Source: a virus. From it: 34,371 nucleotides of DNA. Within the stretch, counting starts at the first letter, position 1. Each line of letters begins with the position of its first letter. Shown here in pieces: positions 15,768-23,239 of the stretch. The position numbers and the translations under genes are program-made. The notes under the pieces are model-generated. The model searched no databases. It saw only the letters and a list, made by a program, of their open reading frames with translations, and was not told where the DNA came from. The DNA lies in the IMG/VR virus record IMGVR_UViG_3300045988_078968. One strand, written 5' to 3'.

Positions 15768-17309
15768 TCAAAGCCGCATGAATACAGCCAGATCAAAGTC
15801 TACACCGTTCCGCTGCCGGTTTGTTGGGTCACTTTCCTGGGCGGAATAGTCGATATGATCAATCACCATTTTCAGCGCTTTGTTTTGTGCTTCCAGGGTG
15901 GCGGTATCATCCCGCAGCAAACGGATGGCGTGGCGTAATGCTGCCACACGCTCTGCGTAGTCAACGGACTGCGGCAGGGCGCTTTTTGTTTTATAGATAG
16001 CTGCCTGGCATTCGTCCATCTTTTCCCGGAGTGCCTTGTTTCGCCGCTCAAAGACTTCCTGTGGGTAGTTCGGATTTGTTTCCAGCAGGTCATACTGCCG
16101 TTCCTCCTGGGCACGGTAGTCCTCCATCTGCTTTTCCAGCTTGGCAAGGAGCCGCTGCTGAATCTTCCGGGCGTCACCGTCGCCGTTCTTGATTCTGGCC
16201 AGCAGCTGGGGCAGGTGCTCTTTCTCCAGGATCACCAGCAGGCTTTCCACAATGTCCTCCCGCTTGGCTGACTTATAGCAGCGTGGCCTGGTGCGGCACT
16301 CTATCCGGTCTGCGGCGTGTTTGTACGGGTGGTGTATCATTCGGTTCCCGCACTTTTTGCAGACCAGCAGGCCCGCCAGCGGGTTCACAAGCTCTTTGCT
16401 AGGGTCTATCCTTGGGTTACGTGCCACAAGGGCCTGAGCGGCTTTCCATTCATCCCGGGAGATGATGCCGGTATGTTTACCCTCCGCAATGATTATATCC
16501 TTTTCTGGCTGCGCCAGCGTCTTTGTGACTATCCTTCCGTTTTCAAGCACCTGGGTTTCCTTCTTCTGGTTAAAAGCCACATACCCGGCATAATGTGGAT
16601 TGCGCAGCATGACCCGGATGGTGTCCTTTTTCCACTTGTCAATCCGTGCAGGCTTGACGCCCATTTCATTCAGGCGGTCCGCAATGCGCAGCGGCGTGAG
16701 CTGCTCCTGCGTGTACCATTTGAACACAAGGCGCACAGCAGCCGCCTCTGCCTCATTTATTTCAAGGGTGTGGTCTTTCCCTATCTTCACTTTATTATAG
16801 CCGTAGGGCGGCGTATTGCCGATGTAGCAGCCTCGTTTCACAGCGGCCACACGGCCACGGAAAAGAATCTCTTTGGTGTACTCCAAGAAGTCGTTGCCCC
16901 GGAGCAGCTCATCCTTGAAAAATTTCCGCTCCATTTTGTTTTCCAGGTCATACACCATGTAAGGCGTGGCAACCAATGACCGGCTGAACCGGAAGCTGTC
17001 TATAATCCGGGAGCAATCGGCCAGGTCTCCACGGCTGAGCCGGGAGGGCTCCATGCAGACCACACCGGCCACAGCAGGGTCCTCTATGCGGGCCAGCACG
17101 GCCTTGATTTCGTGGCGGGCGTCAATGGATTCACCGGAGACGATTTCCCGGTAGATGTTTTTCTCCGGTATCTGGCTGCCGATTTCCCGCTGGCACCATT
17201 CCTGCAGGATGTTTTCGTGCTTGGCAAGGACCTGCTCCACCGTTTCGTTGGGATCATCCTGCCTTGACTTTCTCAAATACATTAACCATGTTCCGCTTCT
17301 CTCTATCAT
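15768..17309 (-). CDS. int: Large serine recombinase (integrase)
   Basis: Resolvase-type N-terminus (YLRKSRQDD), recombinase domain, Cys4 zinc ribbon (CKKCGN...CRTRPRC) and coiled-coil tail. AAGGGGGA precedes ATG 17309; GTG 17351 is an alternative start. Confidence 0.9.
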   Translation of the reverse strand: MIERSGTWLMYLRKSRQDDPNETVEQVLAKHENILQEWCQREIGSQIPEKNIYREIVSGESIDARHEIKAVLARIEDPAVAGVVCMEPSRLSRGDLADCSRIIDSFRFSRSLVATPYMVYDLENKMERKFFKDELLRGNDFLEYTKEILFRGRVAAVKRGCYIGNTPPYGYNKVKIGKDHTLEINEAEAAAVRLVFKWYTQEQLTPLRIADRLNEMGVKPARIDKWKKDTIRVMLRNPHYAGYVAFNQKKETQVLENGRIVTKTLAQPEKDIIIAEGKHTGIISRDEWKAAQALVARNPRIDPSKELVNPLAGLLVCKKCGNRMIHHPYKHAADRIECRTRPRCYKSAKREDIVESLLVILEKEHLPQLLARIKNGDGDARKIQQRLLAKLEKQMEDYRAQEERQYDLLETNPNYPQEVFERRNKALREKMDECQAAIYKTKSALPQSVDYAERVAALRHAIRLLRDDTATLEAQNKALKMVIDHIDYSAQESDPTNRQRNGVDFDLAVFMRL

Positions 17310-17358
17310 TCCATCTTCCCCCTTGGCTGTGGTTTTCCACAGCTTTTTCACACTCTGT

Positions 17359-17835
17359 TTATCTGCTTATATTTATAAATCCTACATTGTCGTTCAACTC
17401 ATCCACGATAAAGGCCGCCAGGAGCACGGCCAGCAGGACGCAGACGATCACAGCCAAAAAGGCAATGATCTGCTTTTTCCACTTCATCAGGGATTCCTGC
17501 TTTGCAATCCTGGTCCGCAGCTCCTCCATCAGATGGGTGTCTGCCTCTGCCTGCCCGGCTTGTGGCGGGCTGCATGACATTTCCCCGCTGTTCCCCACCA
17601 GGGCGCACAGGATGGGCGACAGGGTGGAATAATTCACGTCCCGCCGGGAGCCGCAGAAAAAGGCGTCAACCGTGCCCTTTGGGATGCCGGACCGTTCGGC
17701 CACGTCCGCATTGGTCAGGCTCTGGAAGTCTTTCCGGGCCCGCAGGAAGTCCCGGATTTCGGCCATGTTCATGATATACAGGTTCGGGTGGCATTCTTTC
17801 CCCAATTTCTCACATTCGATACACTTTTCAAACAT
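17359..17835 (-). CDS. Membrane-anchored Cys-rich HTH protein, upstream of and closely coupled to int
   Basis: GGGGAGG precedes ATG 17835. The protein has N-terminal CIECEKLGKEC, an HTH-like segment (LTNADVAERSGIPKGTVDAF) and a C-terminal TM helix (IIAFLAVIVCVLLAVLLAAFIV). Confidence 0.6.
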   Translation of the reverse strand: MFEKCIECEKLGKECHPNLYIMNMAEIRDFLRARKDFQSLTNADVAERSGIPKGTVDAFFCGSRRDVNYSTLSPILCALVGNSGEMSCSPPQAGQAEADTHLMEELRTRIAKQESLMKWKKQIIAFLAVIVCVLLAVLLAAFIVDELNDNVGFINISR

Positions 17836-17934
17836 ATTAACCTCCCCGATTTCCAACGCAAGCAGGATATTTGCATATCGCAAGCGGGCGCTTGCATTCC
17901 TAGTATTGCAACTATTCCGATTGAAATGTAGAAT

Positions 17935-18696
17935 TTAGTCAGATACCGGTAATTCAGTAACGGACAGATGCACAAACAAATTTGTTTTTCCAGGCTCCAA
18001 AGAGTAGAACGTTTCTCCACTGATAGCATCCTCTTCTTTTTCCAGAAGCTTGTACGGGCCGCCGCCAATCTGGCAGGTGATTCCCGCAATGCGCTTCTCC
18101 TGAATACATTTCAGCAGGTGGGTGCAGGAACCGGATTTGATATAACCAACGTGTTTCCCGTCGGCCATGACCTTGATAGCGTTCTGGTCATAGGCGTTGT
18201 CCGGTTCTGGAACCAGTTCAATCTTGGGCATGAGAAAATCGTATTTCCAGATTTTTTCTGTATCGTATAGCATGAAAACGCCGTCAATCAACTGCTTTTT
18301 GCTGAGACTATATTCTGGGTTTTCCTGTGCAAAGCTCATAATGTTCTGCTCGTAATGCGTGACACCCGCAACCTTGTAAGTTTTCACTGTTCCGACAGGC
18401 ACCGCTGTGGCGGGCTGCTCCTCTGCCTGTGCAGGTTCTCCGGCTGCTTCTGGCTGCTGATCCTGTGGCGCTGCTGCTTTTTCCTTTGGATTTGCCAGGG
18501 CACAGGCCAGTCCGAAAGCGATAGAAAGCACTACTGCCAGAATCGCCGCAATGTCAGAAACAATACCGTCCTTTTTCAGCACCCCAAACACAGCATAAAC
18601 AATGGCGAAGAAGATGAACGCAAGCCCAGCACCCAAAACGAAAGCAATAATCCCCACCAAGGCCTTTTTGACGGTTTCACGCATTTTCGCAAACAT
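17935..18696 (-). CDS. Membrane-anchored HIRAN-domain protein
   Basis: Two N-terminal TM helices and a Pro/Glu/Ala linker, then a HIRAN-like core (VAGVTHY...LVPEPDNAYDQNAIKVMADGKHVGYI). The start lies 14 nt after the repressor stop. Confidence 0.7.
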   Translation of the reverse strand: MFAKMRETVKKALVGIIAFVLGAGLAFIFFAIVYAVFGVLKKDGIVSDIAAILAVVLSIAFGLACALANPKEKAAAPQDQQPEAAGEPAQAEEQPATAVPVGTVKTYKVAGVTHYEQNIMSFAQENPEYSLSKKQLIDGVFMLYDTEKIWKYDFLMPKIELVPEPDNAYDQNAIKVMADGKHVGYIKSGSCTHLLKCIQEKRIAGITCQIGGGPYKLLEKEEDAISGETFYSLEPGKTNLFVHLSVTELPVSD

Positions 18697-18710
18697 ACAA
18701 AACTCCTATC

Positions 18711-19073
18711 TTACAATTCACGCCGATGCAGCAGCCACTTGGCAAAGCCGATAATTTCGGCGTTCTCCGCATCGGTAAATTCTACATGACCAAGCTCCCG
18801 GTGCCACTCCTGCATATGCCGGAGCTGCATTCCCTCTGAGGCCACCATGGAGACCACCGTGGATTCTTCCCACTTGTCCAGCCCAATCAGATGGGCGGGG
18901 GATGTGTCCAGGGCAGCGGCCAGCGGCTCCAGCATGTCGGCACTGAGCTTTGTAATGCTGCCGGATTCATACCGGTACACCGTGGAGCGGTCTTTTCCTA
19001 TTTTGTTCGCCAGGGTATCCGCTGACATTTTCAGCTCCACCCGGCGCTGCTTGATCCTCTTTCCAATGTCCAT
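18711..19073 (-). CDS. XRE-family HTH repressor-like protein (no peptidase domain)
   Basis: GGAAGGGGTG precedes ATG 19073. The HTH is MSADTLANKIGKDRSTVYRYE. Confidence 0.8.
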   Translation of the reverse strand: MDIGKRIKQRRVELKMSADTLANKIGKDRSTVYRYESGSITKLSADMLEPLAAALDTSPAHLIGLDKWEESTVVSMVASEGMQLRHMQEWHRELGHVEFTDAENAEIIGFAKWLLHRREL

Positions 19074-19244
19074 CTTTTCACCCCTTCCGTATACACCAGT
19101 CCGGGATATGTCGCAGGAATGCGACAAAAACCATACTGGAAAATGTTTCCAGTTTACAGAAAATTTCCCCTGGTGTTAAAATTCCCAATGTACAAGACGT
19201 ACAACGCAATTGTTCACCTTGCGCAATAGAAAGGAGTACCAAAA

Positions 19245-19394
19245 ATGACAGCCATGCAAGAACTATTATCCTACATATCCGCAATGACACCGGAGCAGGT
19301 GGAGAAGGTTATTTCTCATCTTCCACAATTGATTTCAGCACTCGAAGCGCAAGGGCAGCCTGTTCCTCCGATAGAGATTGAGCAAACGCCATAA
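19245..19394 (+). CDS. Possible 49-aa ORF overlapping the 3' end of the 19309-19656 repressor gene in antisense
   Basis: AAAGGAG 8 nt upstream of ATG 19245. The translation is MTAMQELLSYISAMTPEQVEKVISHLPQLISALEAQGQPVPPIEIEQTP. It may be a shadow of the opposite strand. Confidence 0.25.
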   Translation: MTAMQELLSYISAMTPEQVEKVISHLPQLISALEAQGQPVPPIEIEQTP

Positions 19395-19656
19395 GCGCCC
19401 GCTTATTTGCTGTAAGCCCATCGTTTTCGGTGGGCTCTTTTTCTTCCTCTATAAGGTCCGATTTCAAAATCCCGAAGTAGTCGGCCATGATTTCAATTCG
19501 ATCAATTCGAGGATATTTGCGGCCATTTACCCATTCCGAAACCGTCGAATACGGAAACCCCCATATATCGGCAAGCTCCCGCCTGTCTTTTCCACTTTTT
19601 TCGATGTACTTCTTTAGATTCTTTGACAGTATTTCTTTGTTCCCAAGTGAGCTCAT
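19309..19656 (-). CDS. XRE-family HTH repressor (CI-like position at the divergent switch)
   Basis: GGAGGTGAT precedes ATG 19656. The HTH is RRELADIWGFPYSTVSEWVNG, and the gene is divergent from the early operon. Confidence 0.8.
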   Translation of the reverse strand: MSSLGNKEILSKNLKKYIEKSGKDRRELADIWGFPYSTVSEWVNGRKYPRIDRIEIMADYFGILKSDLIEEEKEPTENDGLTANKRALMAFAQSLSEEQAALALRVLKSIVEDEK

Positions 19657-19684
19657 TGGTATCACCTCCATTTCATTCCTTTTT

Positions 19685-19713
19685 ATATTACACCCATAGT
19701 GTAAAAAAATCAA
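19685..19713 (-). promoter_or_regulatory. Leftward promoter for the CI-like gene
   Basis: On the - strand: TTGATT (19708-19713), a 17-nt spacer, then TAATAT (19685-19690). Confidence 0.55.
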
Positions 19714-19729
19714 TAATAAAATAAAAAAA

Positions 19730-19746
19730 TTACGCTTTAGGGGTTG
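19730..19746. promoter_or_regulatory. Degenerate operator copy overlapping the -35 of the rightward promoter
   Basis: ttacgcttta followed by a diverged right half-site. Confidence 0.35.
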
Positions 19747-19772
19747 ACAACTACAAAAAGTTATTGTAATAT
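19744..19772 (+). promoter_or_regulatory. Rightward early promoter
   Basis: TTGACA (19744-19749), a 17-nt spacer, then TAATAT (19767-19772). An operator follows immediately. Confidence 0.6.
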
Positions 19773-19776
19773 AATG

Positions 19777-19793
19777 TTACGCCGAAAGCGTAA
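19777..19793. promoter_or_regulatory. Operator palindrome TTACGC-N5-GCGTAA
   Basis: ttacgccgaaagcgtaa, directly downstream of the -10 element. Confidence 0.6.
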
Positions 19794-19848
19794 TAGACGG
19801 ACGGAAAACAGTTAATTTTATAGCACGCTTTAATTTTTTTAATCACAA

Positions 19849-19865
19849 TAACGCTTTAAGCGTAA
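19849..19865. promoter_or_regulatory. Operator palindrome TAACGC-N5-GCGTAA
   Basis: taacgctttaagcgtaa. A half-site, cacgcttta, lies at 19824-19832. Confidence 0.55.
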
Positions 19866-19892
19866 ATAGCCGACAGGCAGGAGGAAATAGAA

Positions 19893-20201
19893 ATGAAATA
19901 CGTTCTTTACATCGATTACAGAGCATCCTACAAGCCCATGTATAGCGAATATCGCCCCATGAACGCAAAGAACATGACTGAAGCGGTTATCGAGGCGGAC
20001 GCAGCCCATGACCCCGAAACAATGTATCTTATCCGAATCATGGAGAAGGACGGAAAGGCCGAGAAACTAGGAGGCGGCATTAAGGCCCAGGCTTACACGG
20101 CAATTATGGAAAAACGGTCGACAAAATGGGCCGCGGAAGGGCGAGACCACAGCGTTAAGCACTTCATCGCTAAGTTCGCCGATTGGTTCGAAATCGCATA
20201 A
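19893..20201 (+). CDS. Hypothetical protein, first gene of the early rightward operon
   Basis: 102 aa preceded by AGGAGG. No HTH was recognised. The region is A/T-rich. Confidence 0.6.
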   Translation: MKYVLYIDYRASYKPMYSEYRPMNAKNMTEAVIEADAAHDPETMYLIRIMEKDGKAEKLGGGIKAQAYTAIMEKRSTKWAAEGRDHSVKHFIAKFADWFEIA

Positions 20202-20245
20202 ACCCCGGGCGGGGCAACCCGCCCGACACAAGAAAGGAGAAAAGC

Positions 20246-20395
20246 ATGTTTATTCTGCGGAATATCTTTGGCATGATCAAAGTCTTTGACAATCTAGATA
20301 TTGCGCTTGAAGCGTACGAAAATGAATGCGATTTTTGCGAGTATTGCGGACTGTACAACGCAGTCACGGGAGAAACAATAGCAGAATCGTTTTAA
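20246..20395 (+). CDS. Hypothetical small protein (49 aa)
   Basis: AAAGGAG precedes ATG 20246. Confidence 0.45.
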   Translation: MFILRNIFGMIKVFDNLDIALEAYENECDFCEYCGLYNAVTGETIAESF

Positions 20396-20583
20396 TTGCC
20401 GAAGGGTGGCGGCAAAACCGCCCTGTGTAATGCAGCCGGGGAAGTACCCCGCCGGTCCGAAGCCCGGAGAAATGCAGACGGCACCCGGAAATATAGACAT
20501 CCCGGAAAACCCGGAAACGGGCAAACCCAAGACCGTGAAAGTCGGTGCCGGGTATCATGACTCATAGAAAGGAGGTACAACGC

Positions 20584-20775
20584 ATGAGAATTACGCTCAA
20601 AGCGGCAAGAATTAACAAGGGCTACACCCAGGAATATGTCGCTAAGAAGATTGACGTTACCAAGAAAACGCTTGGAAGCTGGGAAAGTGGGAAGACGATG
20701 CCGAAAGCAGACAAAATCATTCAGCTGTGCAACCTCTACGGGGCAAGCTATGACGACATTGCGTGGCGGGCCTAA
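20584..20775 (+). CDS. Cro-like XRE HTH protein (63 aa)
   Basis: AAAGGAGG precedes ATG 20584. The HTH is YTQEYVAKKIDVTKKTLGSWE. Confidence 0.8.
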   Translation: MRITLKAARINKGYTQEYVAKKIDVTKKTLGSWESGKTMPKADKIIQLCNLYGASYDDIAWRA

Positions 20776-20791
20776 ATTTTTTTGAATTTTA

Positions 20792-20808
20792 TTACGCTTT
20801 AAGCGTAA
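20792..20808. promoter_or_regulatory. Operator palindrome TTACGCTTTAAGCGTAA (distal copy)
   Basis: Same motif as 19777 and 19849, located between the cro-like gene and the next ORF. Confidence 0.55.
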
Positions 20809-20819
20809 AGGAGGGCACC

Positions 20820-21065
20820 ATGGAAGAAAATGAAACATGGGAGGGCTGGACCGTCTCCACGGAATATCCGGGATACCGCTACCATGACGTCCAGGACAAC
20901 AAGGGCCGGACCCATCGGGTCTACCGCCCAATCTTCACAAGCCCGGAGCAGGAGGCCGCCGTGCATGAGCAGGTCAAGCGAGAACTCACCGCCCTGATGA
21001 CCGACTTCTACCGCAAATATGGCCGCCTGCCAGGCGAACCGGCAAACCCCGCCGTGGCGGGCTGA
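20820..21065 (+). CDS. Hypothetical protein (81 aa)
   Basis: AAAGGAGGG precedes ATG 20820. Confidence 0.55.
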   Translation: MEENETWEGWTVSTEYPGYRYHDVQDNKGRTHRVYRPIFTSPEQEAAVHEQVKRELTALMTDFYRKYGRLPGEPANPAVAG

Positions 21066-21085
21066 ATAAACGAAAGGAGCTAACT

Positions 21086-21817
21086 ATGAACATTGATTTT
21101 AACGAAATTGTCCAGCAGAAGCTGGCACAGATGGAGGCCGAGGGCGTTATCCAGAAGAAGATTGAGGACGCCCTGGAAAAGTCCATCATGGACGCTATTG
21201 ATTCCCAGCTGGGCAGCTACTCTTTCAAGAATGCCCTGGGCAAGCAAATGGAGGACGGAATTTCCCAGGTGGCCAAGGACTGCGGTCTGAGTGCCTATAA
21301 CGGTTTTGTTGCCGAAAAGGTAAAGGCCATTCTTTCCGGCATCGTATCTGACGACCTGAGCAAGAAGATTGAAACCGCCGTGAGCGGCGTCCTGGTGCAG
21401 CGGTACGAGGGCATTAAGCTGTCTGACGTCTTCAAACGCTACCGGGAGCACGTCATGGACAGCACGGACGATTCCGAGAAGGAAGACCGGCAGGAGTTCA
21501 CCATGGAGCTGGAAATCAACGAGAGTTACACCGGCAGCTTTACATACTACACTTGCAAGTTCTGCCCAGAGCCTGAATATGACGCAGACGATTATGATGC
21601 CGTCGAAGTCCGTTTCTCCCAATACAGAAATGAGCAGACCACTTCCATCAGCAGCCTGACCATTGGCGGCCTGGATATGTCCAAGACCTTGAAATTCCGC
21701 TGTCTGGACCCGTTCGACCAGTTCCTTGTAAATCTGTTCCTGAACAAGACCGAGATCATCTTGGACGCTGACGCTGCCGAAGACGCTGCCGAAGACAACG
21801 CCTACATCGACTATTAA
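21086..21817 (+). CDS. Hypothetical protein (243 aa), acidic C-terminus
   Basis: AAAGGAG precedes ATG 21086. No family was recognised. Confidence 0.6.
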   Translation: MNIDFNEIVQQKLAQMEAEGVIQKKIEDALEKSIMDAIDSQLGSYSFKNALGKQMEDGISQVAKDCGLSAYNGFVAEKVKAILSGIVSDDLSKKIETAVSGVLVQRYEGIKLSDVFKRYREHVMDSTDDSEKEDRQEFTMELEINESYTGSFTYYTCKFCPEPEYDADDYDAVEVRFSQYRNEQTTSISSLTIGGLDMSKTLKFRCLDPFDQFLVNLFLNKTEIILDADAAEDAAEDNAYIDY

Positions 21818-21827
21818 GGAGGTCACT

Positions 21828-21911
21828 ATGAACATGACCGTTATTGCAACCACCGCAATCATCTGCGCCACTCTGGTACTTCTGTGCTGGATGGGAGGCG
21901 GTAAGAAATGA
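21828..21911 (+). CDS. 27-aa hydrophobic peptide
   Basis: AAGGAGG 6 nt upstream of the start. Sequence MNMTVIATTAIICATLVLLCWMGGGKK; its stop overlaps the next start (ATGA). Confidence 0.4.
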   Translation: MNMTVIATTAIICATLVLLCWMGGGKK

Positions 21912-22072
21912 GAGGGATTGACGCCAAGGCCCTGATCCAGCTGAAAGCCACCCGGCACCGGCTGACGGCGCAGCAGTACCGGACCCTGCGGGGCCAGGTG
22001 CTGGCCGGGGAACCGGATGCAGCCATGAAGGGGCTGCGGAAACTTTTGACGATGGAGGGAGAAAGAAAATGA
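21908..22072 (+). CDS. Hypothetical small protein (54 aa)
   Basis: ATGA overlaps at both ends indicate translational coupling. Confidence 0.45.
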   Translation: MRGIDAKALIQLKATRHRLTAQQYRTLRGQVLAGEPDAAMKGLRKLLTMEGERK

Positions 22073-22482
22073 CAGACAAACAAATTATTCACAGCCTGCG
22101 CTGCTGCAATAGCCCAGATATCAGCTCATGCAATGAAGAATGCGATTTTTACAGCGAGGAGAAATGCACTGGCAAATTGCTCACAGCGGCCACCTACCGC
22201 CTGGACGAGCTTTCCAGAGCCGTGGAACAAAAAGGCAATGTTTCACAGGAAACCGCAAATTCCCAGGAGGAAACGCCGGAAACCGGGGTGCAATTGGAGC
22301 CGGAGCGGGCAACCGAGTATATTTCCATCAGTGTGGCGGAATACCACTGCCTGACCAAAGCGGCCACCATGCTGGAGGTCATCCTTGCCGCCGACGAGTA
22401 CGACGCCGAGAAGGTGGTGCGGTCCTGCCGGTCCGTCATAGAGGATATGCACCGGATTGCGGAAGGACGTGAGGACCAATGA
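22069..22482 (+). CDS. Hypothetical Cys-rich protein (137 aa)
   Basis: ORF with coupled start and stop; N-terminus CCNSPDISSCNEECDF. Confidence 0.55.
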   Translation: MTDKQIIHSLRCCNSPDISSCNEECDFYSEEKCTGKLLTAATYRLDELSRAVEQKGNVSQETANSQEETPETGVQLEPERATEYISISVAEYHCLTKAATMLEVILAADEYDAEKVVRSCRSVIEDMHRIAEGREDQ

Positions 22483-22913
22483 CCCTGCAAACCTACGCCG
22501 TCAATATCCTGGGCACAAAGTCCAAGTATCAGCTGCATATCCCCGGCAGGCTGCCCGGCCTGAATGAGTACACCAACAAATGCCGGACAGACCCCCGGGC
22601 CGGTGCCCGGATGAAGCGGGACGCCCAGGAGGGCGTCATGTGGCAGATCATAGACCAGATGCGCCAGTGCCATTTTGAAAAACCTGTTTTCCTTCTGTTC
22701 ACCTTCTACGAGAAGGACCGGCGACGGGACAAGGACAACGTTTCCAGCTTTGCCCGGAAGGTAATCCAGGACGCCCTGGCGGAATGCGGATGCCTCCAGG
22801 ACGACGGCTGGGACTATGTGACCGGCTACATGGATACCTTCCTTGTGGACGAGAAGTGCCCCCACATTGAGGTGGCATTTATCGAGCAGGAGGTGGCACA
22901 ATGCAAGCCATGA
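22479..22913 (+). CDS. rusA: RusA-like Holliday junction resolvase
   Basis: RRRDKDNVSSFARKVIQDALAECGCLQDDGW matches the RusA catalytic D-x-D-N...D...DD pattern. Confidence 0.6.
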   Translation: MTLQTYAVNILGTKSKYQLHIPGRLPGLNEYTNKCRTDPRAGARMKRDAQEGVMWQIIDQMRQCHFEKPVFLLFTFYEKDRRRDKDNVSSFARKVIQDALAECGCLQDDGWDYVTGYMDTFLVDEKCPHIEVAFIEQEVAQCKP

Positions 22914-23239
22914 CCCGCAAAGAGCTGGCCCAGATCAAGGGCACCGTGCGGCAGGTGCTGACGGAATGCCCCGTCACCCGGGCCGACGACAACGCCCTGT
23001 ATTATCACGTCTGCAAGCGCCACGCCCAGCGCATCGGCGTGGACCTGCACGCCGTCCACTTCTCCACCGTCTTCCTGGGCAACCCGCTGCGGTTCCCCAA
23101 GTATGAAAGCGTGGTAAGGCTGCGCCGCCTGACCCAGCGCCAGGAGCCGGAGCTGCTGGCCCCAGGCACCGCCGCCAACCGCCGCCGGAAAGAGGCCGAC
23201 ATGGTGGAGCTGGCCCGGAAAGGAGGGCTGCCGCAATGA
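22901..23239 (+). CDS. Hypothetical protein (112 aa)
   Basis: GGAGG 7 nt upstream of ATG 22901. Confidence 0.5.
   Translation: MQAMTRKELAQIKGTVRQVLTECPVTRADDNALYYHVCKRHAQRIGVDLHAVHFSTVFLGNPLRFPKYESVVRLRRLTQRQEPELLAPGTAANRRRKEADMVELARKGGLPQ

Noticed and set aside
15741-15938. A + strand 65-aa ORF downstream of the outward promoter
   Set aside because: It has no RBS, overlaps the attP dyad and the integrase 3' end, and its translation is not protein-like.
20180-20200. tRNA-like T-loop string ggttcgaaatc
   Set aside because: The flanks do not form a T-arm or acceptor stem, and the string lies inside the 19893-20201 coding frame. No tRNA was seen anywhere in the window.
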